Positions 28,477 to 41,115 of a stretch of 64,000 nucleotides of DNA are shown here, in pieces. Position 1 is the stretch's first letter; each line of letters begins with the position of its first letter. The notes under the pieces are model-generated. The model saw only the letters and a list, made by a program, of their open reading frames with translations, was not told the origin of the DNA and ran no database searches. Source of the stretch: an uncultured Gammaproteobacteria bacterium (lineage in GTDB: Bacteria; Patescibacteriota; Microgenomatia; Daviesbacterales; UBA10151); contig CAYMIA010000003.1 in NCBI GenBank assembly GCA_964390595.1, positions 17,727-81,726 of the forward strand, given 5' to 3'. The position numbers were made by a program, and so were the translations under genes.

Positions 28477-29409
28477 TTAATCAACAGTCTGATCCTTCAA
28501 GTAGGCTAAACGCACGGCGATATGATTTTCAACTAACTTTCTATCCCTTGATTGATATAAAACATCCGCGCTCTGTCGACTTTGGCAAAAGCCATTTATC
28601 AAAACTGGCATCTGTTCATCAACGGCCTCCCCGGTTATTTTAACCCCAAACTTTTGATGTAAATACGCCAACTCTGAAGCTGAAGCACTTAATACATAAT
28701 ATTTTTTAGCTTTTTTAGCATATTCTAAAATCAGTCCAACCTGGTCTGGTCTAACTTTGGTAACCAGTTGTGCAAATTGTTCAAAATCCCACCATTTTAA
28801 GTTCCCCTGATCGTAAAGTTTTTGCAACCCAAAATTAGTATAGGCATCATCAATATTATCCAGATATTTTAAAGACCCATCTGGTCCAGGACCAAAATTA
28901 ATCGATAAACCATCTAAGTCTAAAGGTAACCCACTGGCGATCCATTCGGTCATTAAATGAAAAAATACACTAGGTGGCCAAGATCCAGAATATGATCTAG
29001 CAACCAAACGCTCCCTATCCCCATTTGGTAACAGATAAGTGCGATAACTACCTTCTCCCTGATAAATTCTCTCCCTCACCGTCCCACCTGGTAACAGCTT
29101 CCCGTCTGGAGTAAGTGATGCGCTAAAAGATCCATGAAATTTCGGAAAAAAATCGGGATACAAACCATGTAAGACTTGGTGAGCATAAAATTCAAACTTA
29201 GCATCCAAAGGATCCCTGGCAAAGCGTCCTGAGTAGTCTAATGCAAAGACTTTTTTGTCATCTAACGCTAGCACTGCCGAGTAATCACCTATCCCAATTA
29301 AAGGCAAATTAAATTCGCGGCTTTTATCCAAGAACTGATATTTTAGATCTGAATATCCTGGCCCAATCAATAACTCACTTGCAAATTCGGGAACTTGAAT
29401 CTCATTCAT
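28477..29409 (-). CDS. Hypothetical protein
   Basis: Long ORF with good coding density. No family recognised. Confidence 0.4.
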   Translation of the reverse strand: MNEIQVPEFASELLIGPGYSDLKYQFLDKSREFNLPLIGIGDYSAVLALDDKKVFALDYSGRFARDPLDAKFEFYAHQVLHGLYPDFFPKFHGSFSASLTPDGKLLPGGTVRERIYQGEGSYRTYLLPNGDRERLVARSYSGSWPPSVFFHLMTEWIASGLPLDLDGLSINFGPGPDGSLKYLDNIDDAYTNFGLQKLYDQGNLKWWDFEQFAQLVTKVRPDQVGLILEYAKKAKKYYVLSASASELAYLHQKFGVKITGEAVDEQMPVLINGFCQSRQSADVLYQSRDRKLVENHIAVRLAYLKDQTVD

Positions 29410-30293
29410 TTGGCTTGGATTAAAGATTTAAAAAGCGTGACATTTTCTTTGTCCGGACCATTATCTGCAAACCCGGGCACCTCTAGGATAAAAGGAATAT
29501 TGCTAAGTTTTGGATGGTTGACCATGTTCTCAAACCCTTCCATGCCAATCAAACCTTCACCAATATTCTCATGCCTGTCCCGGTTGGATTTATATTCAGT
29601 TTTAGAATCATTGGCATGGATCGCCACTAAGTTTTGTAGTCCAATCTCCTGATCAAACTCTTCTAAAACATCCTGCAACCCCACTAAAGTTTTAACATCA
29701 TACCCAGCCGCAAAAGCATGTTGAGTATCCAGGCAAACTTTGAGCCTTGGGTCATTGACTGTCTTTAGAATTTTCCCAAACTCCGAAAAACTTGATCCGA
29801 CTGCTCCTCCTGCCCCAGCAGAATTCTCTAAAATTAACTGAATGTTGTCATCCTTGACCCGATTGAGGATCTCAACTAGGCTTTGGACAATCTGCTTTTC
29901 CACAGTCTCAAATCCCGCACCCTTATGGGACCCAGGATGAAATATGACCCCTTGCACACCTAACTTGACTGCCATATTCAGGGCATAAATCAGCCAATCA
30001 ATACTTTTTTGGACATGGACAGGATTAGTACTTGCTAGGTTAATTAAATAAGTGCCATGAATAAAATTTGGCCCAATTCCAGCCTCTTTAATCTTTAATC
30101 TGTAATCATTAATCTCTTGATCAGAGTGCTTGTTTTGAAACCACTGCTGGGGTGGTGAAATAAAAATCTGGGTACACTCCGCCCCAATCTCCTGGGCTTT
30201 TGCCACACTTCTTGACAGCTCAACCGCTGCACTAACATGCGCTCCAATCTTTGGCATGACAAGAGTATATACTACTCCGTAGTCCTTCTCCAA
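29406..30293 (-). CDS. nfo: Endonuclease IV (AP endonuclease family 2)
   Basis: MPKIGAHVSAA N-terminus. H/D/E metal-ligand positions (HPGSH, LENSAG, CLDTQHAFAAGYD). Confidence 0.8.
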   Translation of the reverse strand: MEKDYGVVYTLVMPKIGAHVSAAVELSRSVAKAQEIGAECTQIFISPPQQWFQNKHSDQEINDYRLKIKEAGIGPNFIHGTYLINLASTNPVHVQKSIDWLIYALNMAVKLGVQGVIFHPGSHKGAGFETVEKQIVQSLVEILNRVKDDNIQLILENSAGAGGAVGSSFSEFGKILKTVNDPRLKVCLDTQHAFAAGYDVKTLVGLQDVLEEFDQEIGLQNLVAIHANDSKTEYKSNRDRHENIGEGLIGMEGFENMVNHPKLSNIPFILEVPGFADNGPDKENVTLFKSLIQAK

Positions 30294-31060
30294 GCCGGTT
30301 TTATGTCAATAATATTTCTCATTGCTTGGGGTACATCAATTGTGTCTGGTAAGTTATACCTATCCAGTAGGCGGCCGGCAAATAATCTTCCCCGTCTTGA
30401 ATGAAAATTAACAGCTACCTCCTCTTGTCTGCTCGAAGGAAATAATTCTGCATTCCAAGCTATTAATCTCTCATCACCGTACTTGAAATTCATAATTAAA
30501 TCTTGCCGATCTGACCTTGTTTGAGATATTGGTTCATCAAATAAGATGCCTGGCCGTGTAGTTTGAACTAATCTCCTAATCTTGCCGTGTCTAGAATTAA
30601 TGTTCATGTAAGTTACGTCTGATTCGTCAAGTGCCCAACCCATCGACATACATCTGATTTCATCAAACTTACCCACAGTAGTCATTATCATCATTCCATC
30701 AGGAGCACCAACTGGAGTACCAATATGACTCTTGTGGACTATTCTGACCCAACTAACTGTTCCGAATTCAGAAGGCATTTCATATTCCAAATCATTTATC
30801 AAATAAATACCATCTCCTTGATCTGTGTGGACCACAAATTCTGGAGACACATAAAGACCGCTCCTTTTTAAAAGAAAACGGGCATTTAGTTGTTCAGGCG
30901 TTAAACCCGTTTGTTCTTGAAACTTAACATACCAGTCTTTCATCCATTGGTGGGCCTCTCCCAAGGCTTTTTGGGTTTCAGCTAAATTTTCCGCTAGCGT
31001 GCCTCCATAGGGAGAAAGTGTATCTTTTTCACCTGCCATAACGAGCGCATTGTAGCACAA
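30272..31060 (-). CDS. Hypothetical protein
   Basis: ORF only. The true start may be the internal MAGEKD. Confidence 0.35.
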   Translation of the reverse strand: MCYNALVMAGEKDTLSPYGGTLAENLAETQKALGEAHQWMKDWYVKFQEQTGLTPEQLNARFLLKRSGLYVSPEFVVHTDQGDGIYLINDLEYEMPSEFGTVSWVRIVHKSHIGTPVGAPDGMMIMTTVGKFDEIRCMSMGWALDESDVTYMNINSRHGKIRRLVQTTRPGILFDEPISQTRSDRQDLIMNFKYGDERLIAWNAELFPSSRQEEVAVNFHSRRGRLFAGRLLDRYNLPDTIDVPQAMRNIIDIKPAWRRTTE

Positions 31061-31088
31061 TTTGGTTTTTTTGTGATATTATGCTTCC

Positions 31089-31877
31089 ATGGCCAAAAAT
31101 GGCGAGTCTGACAATATCATTGAAGTCAAAAAATTAATCAAAAAATTTGGTGATTTTAGTGCGGTGAAGAATATCTCATTTGAGGTTAAACGGGGTGAAT
31201 TATTTGGCATTTTAGGCCCTAATGGCGCAGGCAAAACAACAACTCTAGAAATTATGGAAACCCTGCAAAAACAAACCGATGGTGAGGTCATAATTGACGG
31301 ATTAAATACCTTAGAACATGCTTGGGAAGTTAAACAGCGCATTGGCGTCCAATTGCAGCAATCGGGATTTTACCCGGAGCTAACTCTAATTGATCTGCTT
31401 AATATGTTTGCAGCCATGTATGGCTTAAATATCAATCCATTGGAAATGCTCAAAAAAGTTGACCTAGCAGACAAGAAAAAAAGTTTTTTCCAACAACTAT
31501 CTGGAGGTCAAAAGCAGCGCTTCTCGATCATCTCCACTCTAATTAATCAACCCAAAGTCATCTTCCTTGATGAACCAACAACCGGACTTGATCCTCAAGC
31601 CAGAATGAATCTTTGGGACATGATTGAAATCATCAAAAAAGAGGGTGTCACTATTGTAATGACCACTCATTATATGGAAGAAGCTGAAAGACTGTGTGAC
31701 CGCCTAGCAATTATGGATTCAGGCAAGATTGTTACAATCGGGACGCCCCACAAATTAATCGATGATTTGCTGAAAACTGGTTTCAAAAGGCCAGCCATCA
31801 GAAAACATGCTACCCTAGAGGATGTCTTTATTCATCTGACTGGCAAAAATCTCAAAGAGGAGGCGCCTAGTATCTAA
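31089..31877 (+). CDS. ABC transporter ATP-binding protein
   Basis: Walker A GPNGAGKTT, signature LSGGQKQR, Walker B IFLDEPTTGLD. Confidence 0.85.
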   Translation: MAKNGESDNIIEVKKLIKKFGDFSAVKNISFEVKRGELFGILGPNGAGKTTTLEIMETLQKQTDGEVIIDGLNTLEHAWEVKQRIGVQLQQSGFYPELTLIDLLNMFAAMYGLNINPLEMLKKVDLADKKKSFFQQLSGGQKQRFSIISTLINQPKVIFLDEPTTGLDPQARMNLWDMIEIIKKEGVTIVMTTHYMEEAERLCDRLAIMDSGKIVTIGTPHKLIDDLLKTGFKRPAIRKHATLEDVFIHLTGKNLKEEAPSI

Positions 31878-32986
31878 TGGAAACAGTTAAAAACAAACCA
31901 GTGAGTCAACTCCGGGCTTATGCCACAATCGCTTGGTATACTTTCCTAGCTTCTGCTAGATCAAGAGGGACTTTTATTTTTGGATTTATTTTTCCAATTG
32001 TTTTTATTGGCATTTTTGGACTTATAGGCGGAAGTGGCCAAAAATATAATGTAGGGCTTGTCAAAACAGACCAATTTGCTCAAACTCCAGTCTACCAGGC
32101 TCTTTCAGGAAACCCAGCCTTTAATTTTAAAGATCAACCGGAGCCAGAGTTAGAAAAACAGTTAAAACTAGGTAAAATTGACGGAATCATTAAGGGAGAT
32201 GTTATCTCTGTTGATCCGCCTAAGTACTCAGTTACCACAATCACTACCTCTGGTAACCCAATGGGTGCTGCTGCTGTCAGTACTATCGTCTCTGGAATAG
32301 TCGATAAATTTAATTTGCAACTAGCTGGCGTAGCAGAGCCACCTATTAGTCTAAATAATATGGAGATTTCTGGCCGGAAGTTTAGATTTATTGACTTTGC
32401 TCTCCCAGGTCAGATCGGTTTTTCTATCCTCTCAACTGCTATTTTTTCAACTGTTTTTGGGTTTATTGCGCTAAAGCGAATGCTGGTTCTAAAAAGAATG
32501 TTTGCCACCCCAACGAGACCTATCACCATTTTGCTTGCTCAAGCTAGCAGCCGTTTGGTTTTTGCACTTCTGCAAACAGCTCTGATCCTAATAGTTGGAG
32601 TTTTAGTTTTTCATTTTTATCTACCTCATGGTTGGGTAACTTTTTTTGAAATGTTACTTTTGTCGACCATCGGACTGATCGCCTTTCTGGGATTTGGATT
32701 TTTCATCGCTGGACTGGCCAATGACGAAAACGCTGCTGGGCCACTAGTTAACTTAATTACATTGCCTCAATTTCTTTTGTCTGGCACCTTTTTCTCAACA
32801 GAAAGTTTCCCCAATTGGCTTCAGCCAATTGCCAATAATCTACCGCTCTCCTACTTTAATATCGCTGCTAGAAAAATCGCGACCGAAGGCGCCAGCATGG
32901 TTGAAGTCCTCCCCTACTTAGTGGGCATCCTCGCTTGGGGAGCTGTCATGTATTTCCTCGCCACCCGCACCTTCAAGTGGGAGTAA
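31877..32986 (+). CDS. ABC-2 type transporter permease
   Basis: Six TM helices with a large first periplasmic loop. Start overlaps the ATPase stop. Confidence 0.7.
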   Translation: METVKNKPVSQLRAYATIAWYTFLASARSRGTFIFGFIFPIVFIGIFGLIGGSGQKYNVGLVKTDQFAQTPVYQALSGNPAFNFKDQPEPELEKQLKLGKIDGIIKGDVISVDPPKYSVTTITTSGNPMGAAAVSTIVSGIVDKFNLQLAGVAEPPISLNNMEISGRKFRFIDFALPGQIGFSILSTAIFSTVFGFIALKRMLVLKRMFATPTRPITILLAQASSRLVFALLQTALILIVGVLVFHFYLPHGWVTFFEMLLLSTIGLIAFLGFGFFIAGLANDENAAGPLVNLITLPQFLLSGTFFSTESFPNWLQPIANNLPLSYFNIAARKIATEGASMVEVLPYLVGILAWGAVMYFLATRTFKWE

Positions 32987-33165
32987 TCTTTTAATAAAAA
33001 TTTTCCTAAGTTCATAATATTCATTAGCTGATTCTTTTAAAAACTGGTTCATGTGGCTTTGAGCGATCCGAAGAGCGGGGAAACCCCCTCGTCAAACAAG
33101 TCATTGAAATTTTCAATCATGCATGCAAATTCTAAAGGCCAGTAGGTCAAAAGGCAAATTAAGGG

Positions 33166-33369
33166 TTAAATTGGTTTGCCGGCGAGGCCGTAGTACATTA
33201 AGTCTTTAACAAAGCCAATCGCCTGATATGGCCAAGTAAAGACCACCGCGTAAAACCCTGGACTAAAGTAGCCCAATATCTCCCAGTGGTAATAAATAGC
33301 AAAACTAATTGCAAATAAAATTCCGAGAAGAAAGTAAATAATAAAAAACACTGATATCTTTTTACTCAT
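33166..33369 (-). CDS. Small 2-TM membrane protein (67 aa)
   Basis: Two clear hydrophobic helices. No Shine-Dalgarno sequence seen. Confidence 0.3.
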   Translation of the reverse strand: MSKKISVFFIIYFLLGILFAISFAIYYHWEILGYFSPGFYAVVFTWPYQAIGFVKDLMYYGLAGKPI

Positions 33370-33415
33370 GAATCAAGTATATCGTCCCCATATACTACAT
33401 ACCATATACTAAATA

Positions 33416-36082
33416 CTACTCTGATGCGCCTTCAGCGGCCTTTTTCTCAATTTCAGCCTCAGAGATCTCTTTTGAGGACACTACAGTTGCTGCCACCACC
33501 GCTTCCCCACCTCTCATTCTCATTAAAATGACACCTTGAGTCTGTCTTTGCAAAGTTGGGACATCTTTAATATTTAGCTTAATCAGTTGGCCCTTGTTAG
33601 ATGTCAGAACCAATGTATCGGCCTCTTCATCAACTATTTGAGCAGTTACAATCTGGCCAGTTTTGTCAGTCACCTGAGCTGCTTTGATTCCAGATCCGCC
33701 CCTACCCTGCTTTTTCCAAGCCACAATTTTTGTTTTCTTACCTAAACCGTTCTCCATCACCACCAACACATCTCTATTGTCATCTTTGACCAAATTCATC
33801 GACACAACTTCATCCCCCTTCTCAAGCATAATCCCTCTGACTCCGGAGGTATCCCGGTGGGTTCCCCGGACTTGAGACTCAGAGAAACGGATTGACTGTC
33901 CCCTTCTGGAAATAATAATGACATCATCGTTGCCAAATGTTGGCACCACCCATCTAAGTTGATCTCCTGCATCCAGATTAATAGAGATTAAGCCATTTTT
34001 ACGGATATTAGCGTACTCTTCAATTGCTGTCTTTTTAACATTTCCCTGTTTGGTACACATAAAGAGGAATTTAGTTGGATCCTTCACCCGGTTAGTCAAA
34101 ATTGCTGTCACCTTCTCACCTTGCTCAACGTTTACCAAATTAACAACTGCTTGACCTTTGGCGATTCTGGAGGACTCAGGAATCTCCCAAACTTTAATCT
34201 GGAAAACCCGGCCGCGGTCAGTAAAAAATAAGATATTATCCAAAGTTTTAGTATAGAAAATATGCGATACTGCATCTTCTTCTTTGGTGGTCATTCCGGA
34301 GACACCTTTGCCACCTCTATTCTGAGTTCTGAATGTGCTAGGAGCCTGTCTTTTGATATATCCATTCTCAGTTATTGTCACAATAGTTGTTTCATCAGCG
34401 ACCAAATCTTCTTCTGAAAACTCCCCCACTTTCTGTTTATAAACCCGGGTTCTTCTCTCTCCTCCATATTTTTCTTTGATCCTCAAAATCTCTTCCTTGA
34501 TCACCTGCAAAATCTTTTCCGGGTGTGCTAATAAATCTTCCAAATAGGCGATCTCTTCTCTGATCATTCTCAGTTCATCTTCGATCTTTTGGCGTTCCAA
34601 AGCAGCCAACCGCCTCAGCTGCATATCTAAAATTGCAACTGCCTGAAGTTCTGACAGCTTAAATTTCTCCATCAAGTTAACCTTAGCCTCTTCTTGGTCT
34701 TTAGAAGCGCGGATGGTTTGAATGACTGCATCGATATTATCTACCGCGATCTTTAATCCTTCCAAGATATGTTCTCTATTTCTGGCCTCAAGCAGATCGT
34801 ATTCACTACGCCTCCTCACTATCACCTGTCTGTGACGGATAAACTCCTCAAGAATTCTTTTAAGTGGCATTGTATGGGGCACTCCATCAGAGAGTGCAAC
34901 CATATTGACATTAAAAACTGACTGCAACGCAGTATGTTTGTAGAGATTGTTTAGAACTGATTGGGGCTTGGCATCACGCTTTAGTTCAATTGTAATCCTC
35001 ATCCCTTTTCGGTCTGACTCATCTCTTAAATCAGCGATACCCTCAATTTTTTTGTCTTTAACCAGGTCAGCAATCCGGCCAATTAATGTCGCCTTATTAA
35101 CTTGGTAAGGTAACTCCGTGACTATAATGTCAAACCGCCCACTTTTGGTTTCCTCAATCTCGGCTTTGGCCCGCATCACAATCCGCCCCTTGCCTGTAGC
35201 ATAAGCTAAGGTAATCTCTGAGGCATCATAAATTGAGGCTCCAGTTGGGAAATCAGGCCCCTTAATAAACTTCATCAAATCTTCGGTGGTAGCAACTGAA
35301 CTAAATTGATCTTGAATAATTCCAGCTGGATTCTCAGCATTGATAGCATGTAAAATTTCGACAGCATCAGTGCTTTCAGTCGGAGGACCAGCCACATCGT
35401 CCTTCCAGGCATTTAGCTCGGCCGCTTTACCCGACTTTTGATTATCAGACCTAGTTTGCATCCCTTGGGTATCTGGGTTATCGATCATATACAAAAGAGC
35501 CTCTGTCACTTCGCCTAAGTTATGAGGCGGAATTTGAGTGGCCATTCCGACAGCAATTCCTGAGGCACCATTGAGTAAAAGAGCTGGAATTTGAGTTGGC
35601 AGCAGCGATGGTTCAACTGTAGTGCCTGAGTAGTTATCGACAAAGTCAACAGTGTTTTTATTAATATCCCGTAGTAACTCATCAGCAATTGCCGAAAGCC
35701 GGGCCTCAGTATAACGCATTGCAGCTGGCGAATCTCCATCAACTGATCCAAAGTTTCCCTGCCCATCCACTAGCTGATATCTCATTGAAAAATCTTGAGC
35801 CATCCGCACCATCGCCTCGTAAACTGGCGCATCTCCATGAGGGTGATAATTTTTCAAAACCTCACCCACCACTGCAGCACTCTTTTGGTATCGGCTTGTG
35901 TGATGCAAATTTTGCTGGTGCATCGCATAAATAATCCTGCGCTGAACTGGTTTTAATCCATCCCGGACGTCTGGGAGCGCCCTGGCAACGATCACAGACA
36001 TCGCATAATCAAGATAAGATTTTTGCATTTCTGTGATGAGCTCGATCGGTTCTATTTTCCCAATATTATTTCCATCAGCCAT
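33416..36082 (-). CDS. gyrA: DNA gyrase subunit A (with ~57-aa insertion before the GPDFPTG motif)
   Basis: [15 protein letters not shown]. Active-site Tyr region [18 protein letters not shown]-terminal beta-pinwheel repeats. Confidence 0.9.
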   Translation of the reverse strand: MADGNNIGKIEPIELITEMQKSYLDYAMSVIVARALPDVRDGLKPVQRRIIYAMHQQNLHHTSRYQKSAAVVGEVLKNYHPHGDAPVYEAMVRMAQDFSMRYQLVDGQGNFGSVDGDSPAAMRYTEARLSAIADELLRDINKNTVDFVDNYSGTTVEPSLLPTQIPALLLNGASGIAVGMATQIPPHNLGEVTEALLYMIDNPDTQGMQTRSDNQKSGKAAELNAWKDDVAGPPTESTDAVEILHAINAENPAGIIQDQFSSVATTEDLMKFIKGPDFPTGASIYDASEITLAYATGKGRIVMRAKAEIEETKSGRFDIIVTELPYQVNKATLIGRIADLVKDKKIEGIADLRDESDRKGMRITIELKRDAKPQSVLNNLYKHTALQSVFNVNMVALSDGVPHTMPLKRILEEFIRHRQVIVRRRSEYDLLEARNREHILEGLKIAVDNIDAVIQTIRASKDQEEAKVNLMEKFKLSELQAVAILDMQLRRLAALERQKIEDELRMIREEIAYLEDLLAHPEKILQVIKEEILRIKEKYGGERRTRVYKQKVGEFSEEDLVADETTIVTITENGYIKRQAPSTFRTQNRGGKGVSGMTTKEEDAVSHIFYTKTLDNILFFTDRGRVFQIKVWEIPESSRIAKGQAVVNLVNVEQGEKVTAILTNRVKDPTKFLFMCTKQGNVKKTAIEEYANIRKNGLISINLDAGDQLRWVVPTFGNDDVIIISRRGQSIRFSESQVRGTHRDTSGVRGIMLEKGDEVVSMNLVKDDNRDVLVVMENGLGKKTKIVAWKKQGRGGSGIKAAQVTDKTGQIVTAQIVDEEADTLVLTSNKGQLIKLNIKDVPTLQRQTQGVILMRMRGGEAVVAATVVSSKEISEAEIEKKAAEGASE

Positions 36083-36162
36083 AATTGAAGATATAAAAAA
36101 TGCCTAAATAGGCTTAAGCCATTATACTGATTCTCCTATAATAGTGCAAGCTCAGTTTAAGG

Positions 36163-36591
36163 CTATTTGAAGTTTTTTTGGATGATCTCTGGATCAATTT
36201 GCAAGTAAAGACCAAGCTGGAAAATTGCTGCGGCAAGCAACTTATGGTTTATTAAATTTTCTCCTAAGGGATAAAAGATTTTGGTTTTTGAATAGTCTAA
36301 AATATTGGGATAATTTTTCTTATCTTTATCTTTTTGAAAGATCTCTAGCGCTTCCCTACTTGTGTGATCCTCTAAATTAACCAAAATCTGAGTCTGAGTC
36401 TGATAAAACCACTTTAACAGACTATCCTTACTTCCAGCCTCATCAGTGCAGACCAAAATATCAGTTACCTGAGCTGTATCCGCTACTTGAACTTGAACCG
36501 GAATCAATGAATTTTTAGCTAATTCACGGATCAATGGCTCAACTAATCCGCTATTTTTTCCATATATTGAAATCAAAATTTTTTGTGCCAT
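36163..36591 (-). CDS. Hypothetical protein
   Basis: ORF only. Confidence 0.35.
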   Translation of the reverse strand: MAQKILISIYGKNSGLVEPLIRELAKNSLIPVQVQVADTAQVTDILVCTDEAGSKDSLLKWFYQTQTQILVNLEDHTSREALEIFQKDKDKKNYPNILDYSKTKIFYPLGENLINHKLLAAAIFQLGLYLQIDPEIIQKNFK

Positions 36592-36640
36592 GTCTGTATT
36601 ATAACTGAATTAGTGAGCAAAATATGTTAATATTCATATT

Positions 36641-36880
36641 ATGGGACTATTTGCAGAGATCAGAAGTGCTATAGGTATGTATAATCAAATAGACACTGAA
36701 AATAAACAAATACAAGACGCTTTGGGCTTGATAGAAACCAATGCCACACCTGACGAAGATCTTAAAGGGTCCATGCGATTTGAACTAATCAGCCAAGTTG
36801 CAACTAGATGCCAAGGTGGCGATTGCGACTTCGATCCAGCTGATCTAGTTTTGGGTATTCTTAAAGCTCAAAAATCTTAA
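36641..36880 (+). CDS. Hypothetical small protein
   Basis: ORF only. Confidence 0.25.
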   Translation: MGLFAEIRSAIGMYNQIDTENKQIQDALGLIETNATPDEDLKGSMRFELISQVATRCQGGDCDFDPADLVLGILKAQKS

Positions 36881-38226
36881 GCCGCCCGATATTCAATAAT
36901 CTGGCCACCCAAACCTTCTAAATTAGGAACAAAATTTTGGTACCCGCGATCAGCTTTGCTGATCTGTCTGATTTTAGATCGCCCGTTGGCCATCAAAGCT
37001 GCCTCAACATAAGCAAAAGCCCCTCTTAAATCTGGCACAGTCATCTCCATCCCCTTAAGTGGCGTTGGCCCCTTAATTCCAGCGCTATGCCAAAGATTGC
37101 CTTTTCTGAATCGGCATTCAGGTCCCTCCAAGCAATTTCTATATAGCTGAATATCTGCCCCCATTTCATTCAAAGTTTTAGTATATCCTAGTCGCTCTTC
37201 ATAAACAGTCTCATGAGCAATTGACAGACCCCTGGCTTGGGTTAGCAAAGTCACAAAAGGTTGTTGCCAATCCGTTCTAAATCCTGGATGGACGTCAGTT
37301 CTAAAAGCAGTCGGTTCTAAATCACCTTGTCTGTAGAAAATAATACTCTTGTCTGTAATATCAAATGATCCACCAATCTTGCGGTACATCATCAAAAAAT
37401 ACGATAAATCATCCTGTCTAGCATTCTCCACTTCAATCTGGCTTCCCTCAATTCCTGCTGCCAAGCAAGCCCAAGAAGCCGCTTCAATGGGGTCAGGCAT
37501 GACTGTATGGGTATAACCATTTAATTCATCAACCCCCTCGATTGTAATCGTTCGATCGGTATCGGTATAAATAATCGCGCCCATTTTTTGCAAAGCGCGA
37601 ATTAAATCAAAAATCTCCGGTTCCATCGCTGCATTTTTGATCTCTGTAACTCCATCTGCTAATACACCACCATTAATCCCTTGCTCAGTTGCTCCAACGC
37701 TCGGATAAGGTAATCGAATATTGGCACCCTTTAATCGCTTGGTCCTTAAAATCAAATTTCCAGCCTCTTCTTCAACCGTTGCGCCCATCTGCGTAAGTAA
37801 ATCGATATGAAAGTCGATCGGTCTTGAGCCAATATTACACCCTCCCAAACCGGGAGCCGTTACAGATCCCAAGCGATGAAGCATTGGCGCCCAGAGTAAA
37901 ACTGGAATTCGGCTTTTGTCCGCAAATTCATCAATCACCTCAAGCGGTGGTTGCTTTAACTCTCTGGCTGATATTTCAATCGCTGAAGGATCTTTATATC
38001 CATTGCCATTTTGAATTTTTTCCACGTTGACACCAAATGATCGCAGCAAATCCGTCATTATAAACAGATCTGAAACTTGAGGCACATTTCGCAAAACACA
38101 TTCGTCGGTTGTTAAAAGAGCTGCTACCATCTGTTTAGAAAAAGCATTTTTGGCTCCAGGAACTCTGACCTTGCCATTTAAGGGCCGGCCACCTTCGAGG
38201 ATTAAGTAATTACGATCGACTTCCAT
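36877..38226 (-). CDS. murA: UDP-N-acetylglucosamine 1-carboxyvinyltransferase (EPT family)
   Basis: GLGGCNIGSRPIDFHIDLL (Cys-115 loop), AAMEPEIFDLIRALQKMGA, HPGFRTDWQQPF. These align to MurA rather than AroA. Confidence 0.7.
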   Translation of the reverse strand: MEVDRNYLILEGGRPLNGKVRVPGAKNAFSKQMVAALLTTDECVLRNVPQVSDLFIMTDLLRSFGVNVEKIQNGNGYKDPSAIEISARELKQPPLEVIDEFADKSRIPVLLWAPMLHRLGSVTAPGLGGCNIGSRPIDFHIDLLTQMGATVEEEAGNLILRTKRLKGANIRLPYPSVGATEQGINGGVLADGVTEIKNAAMEPEIFDLIRALQKMGAIIYTDTDRTITIEGVDELNGYTHTVMPDPIEAASWACLAAGIEGSQIEVENARQDDLSYFLMMYRKIGGSFDITDKSIIFYRQGDLEPTAFRTDVHPGFRTDWQQPFVTLLTQARGLSIAHETVYEERLGYTKTLNEMGADIQLYRNCLEGPECRFRKGNLWHSAGIKGPTPLKGMEMTVPDLRGAFAYVEAALMANGRSKIRQISKADRGYQNFVPNLEGLGGQIIEYRAA

Positions 38227-38251
38227 TTACAGATGTGGATTGTACCACAGA

Positions 38252-38692
38252 CTAAACGTCTAGAATGGCTTGTTTGGCATGAGTTTGAATAAATCTTTTT
38301 CTAGGAGCCACCTCATCACCCATCAACATAGTAAACACCTCATCAGCTGCTACCGCATCTTCAATGTCAACTTTCTTTAGGATTCTATTTTCCGGATTCA
38401 TAGTTGTCTCCCATAGCTGATCTGGATTCATCTCCCCCAAACCCTTATACCTTTGTATAATAATAGTTGCGCCTTTTTTAGGAGCTGGTGCTGCCTCCCC
38501 ATCTGCAGTTAGGCCATCGCCAGCAGTTGAACTAGGCAATGCTACATCATCAGTTGCTGGAGTGACTATAGATCCTCCCAGCGATTTCACAATCTTATCT
38601 CTCTCTTCATCAGAAAAAGCATATTGAAACTCCCTCCCTTTTTGCACTTTATACAAAGGTGGTTGAGCGATATAAATATACCCCAGGTTCAA
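38252..38692 (-). CDS. gyrB: DNA gyrase subunit B, C-terminal 146 aa, same frame as the upstream part
   Basis: [10 protein letters not shown]...[25 protein letters not shown]...FIQTHA. Starts 4 codons after the TAG, at a TTG. Confidence 0.8.
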   Translation of the reverse strand: MNLGYIYIAQPPLYKVQKGREFQYAFSDEERDKIVKSLGGSIVTPATDDVALPSSTAGDGLTADGEAAPAPKKGATIIIQRYKGLGEMNPDQLWETTMNPENRILKKVDIEDAVAADEVFTMLMGDEVAPRKRFIQTHAKQAILDV

Positions 38693-38704
38693 AAGTTCGG
38701 GTAA

Positions 38705-40312
<1,608 letters not shown>

Positions 40313-40398
40313 TCATTCCAAATTATGCAAGCTAAATAGCTTAGATTAGACTGCTACATCAACCTAAAATGCCCAGATATTACTACCCCTCAATCGTC

Positions 40399-41040
40399 CT
40401 ACATCATCTCTAGCATTAAATATTCTAGGATAGCTCTGATATTAACGTTGGATTCTTTCCACTCCTCGGCTTGGAGTAACTTTTGAGCAAATTGATACTT
40501 GCTGGGATCGGCAATCATTTTTTGTCTAAAGTAAGCGACCATTGCATCTAGAAAAACCTCTTTTTCCTCTAGTTTCTCAATAAAAGCGAATCGTTCAGCC
40601 TCAGATTTACCTATTAAACTGGCAATCTGATCAAAAAATTTAGAGTCCTCCTCTACTGCATCTTCTAGTTGGACAATCTGGCAGCGTGATAAAATAGTAG
40701 GTAAAAGCGCGCTAGTGCTGGCAGCTCCCAGTAAAATAACCGCTTGGTTTGGCGGCTCCTCTAAGATTTTAAGTAGCGCATTTTGGGCCTCGCGGGTTAA
40801 TTTATGAGCTGATTCTAAAACAACTACTCGCCCCAAAGCTGAATAGGGCCGAATACTTAAAAAAGAGCGGATTTGCTGACTTTGTTCAACTCCTAACTTC
40901 GCCTCATCTTCTATATATAATACGTCAGGATGTTTCCTTTGCAAGTTCAGGTCTTCTAAAACTTGATTTAGCGCCTCAACTCGGCCCAAAAGTGATTGAG
41001 AGATTATTATTTTGGCTATCACAAATAAGATTTGTACCAT
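40399..41040 (-). CDS. holB: DNA polymerase III delta' subunit-like, short form
   Basis: NALLKILEEPP...LPTILSRCQ is the clamp-loader delta' signature. The longer TTG-initiated ORF to 41130 overlaps pilB divergently. No Walker A. Confidence 0.5.
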   Translation of the reverse strand: MVQILFVIAKIIISQSLLGRVEALNQVLEDLNLQRKHPDVLYIEDEAKLGVEQSQQIRSFLSIRPYSALGRVVVLESAHKLTREAQNALLKILEEPPNQAVILLGAASTSALLPTILSRCQIVQLEDAVEEDSKFFDQIASLIGKSEAERFAFIEKLEEKEVFLDAMVAYFRQKMIADPSKYQFAQKLLQAEEWKESNVNIRAILEYLMLEMM

Positions 41041-41115
41041 AGAACCAATTGACACTACAACTACAAATTCGTGATAATGAGAGCAAGGTCCGCTTAATTT
41101 AGCGGGCGACTGCCT

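Noticed and set aside
33060-33095. GC-rich hairpin (GCGGGGAAACCCCC) between the ABC permease and the small ORF as an intrinsic terminator
   Set aside because: The stem is short (4-5 bp) and not followed by a U-tract on either strand.
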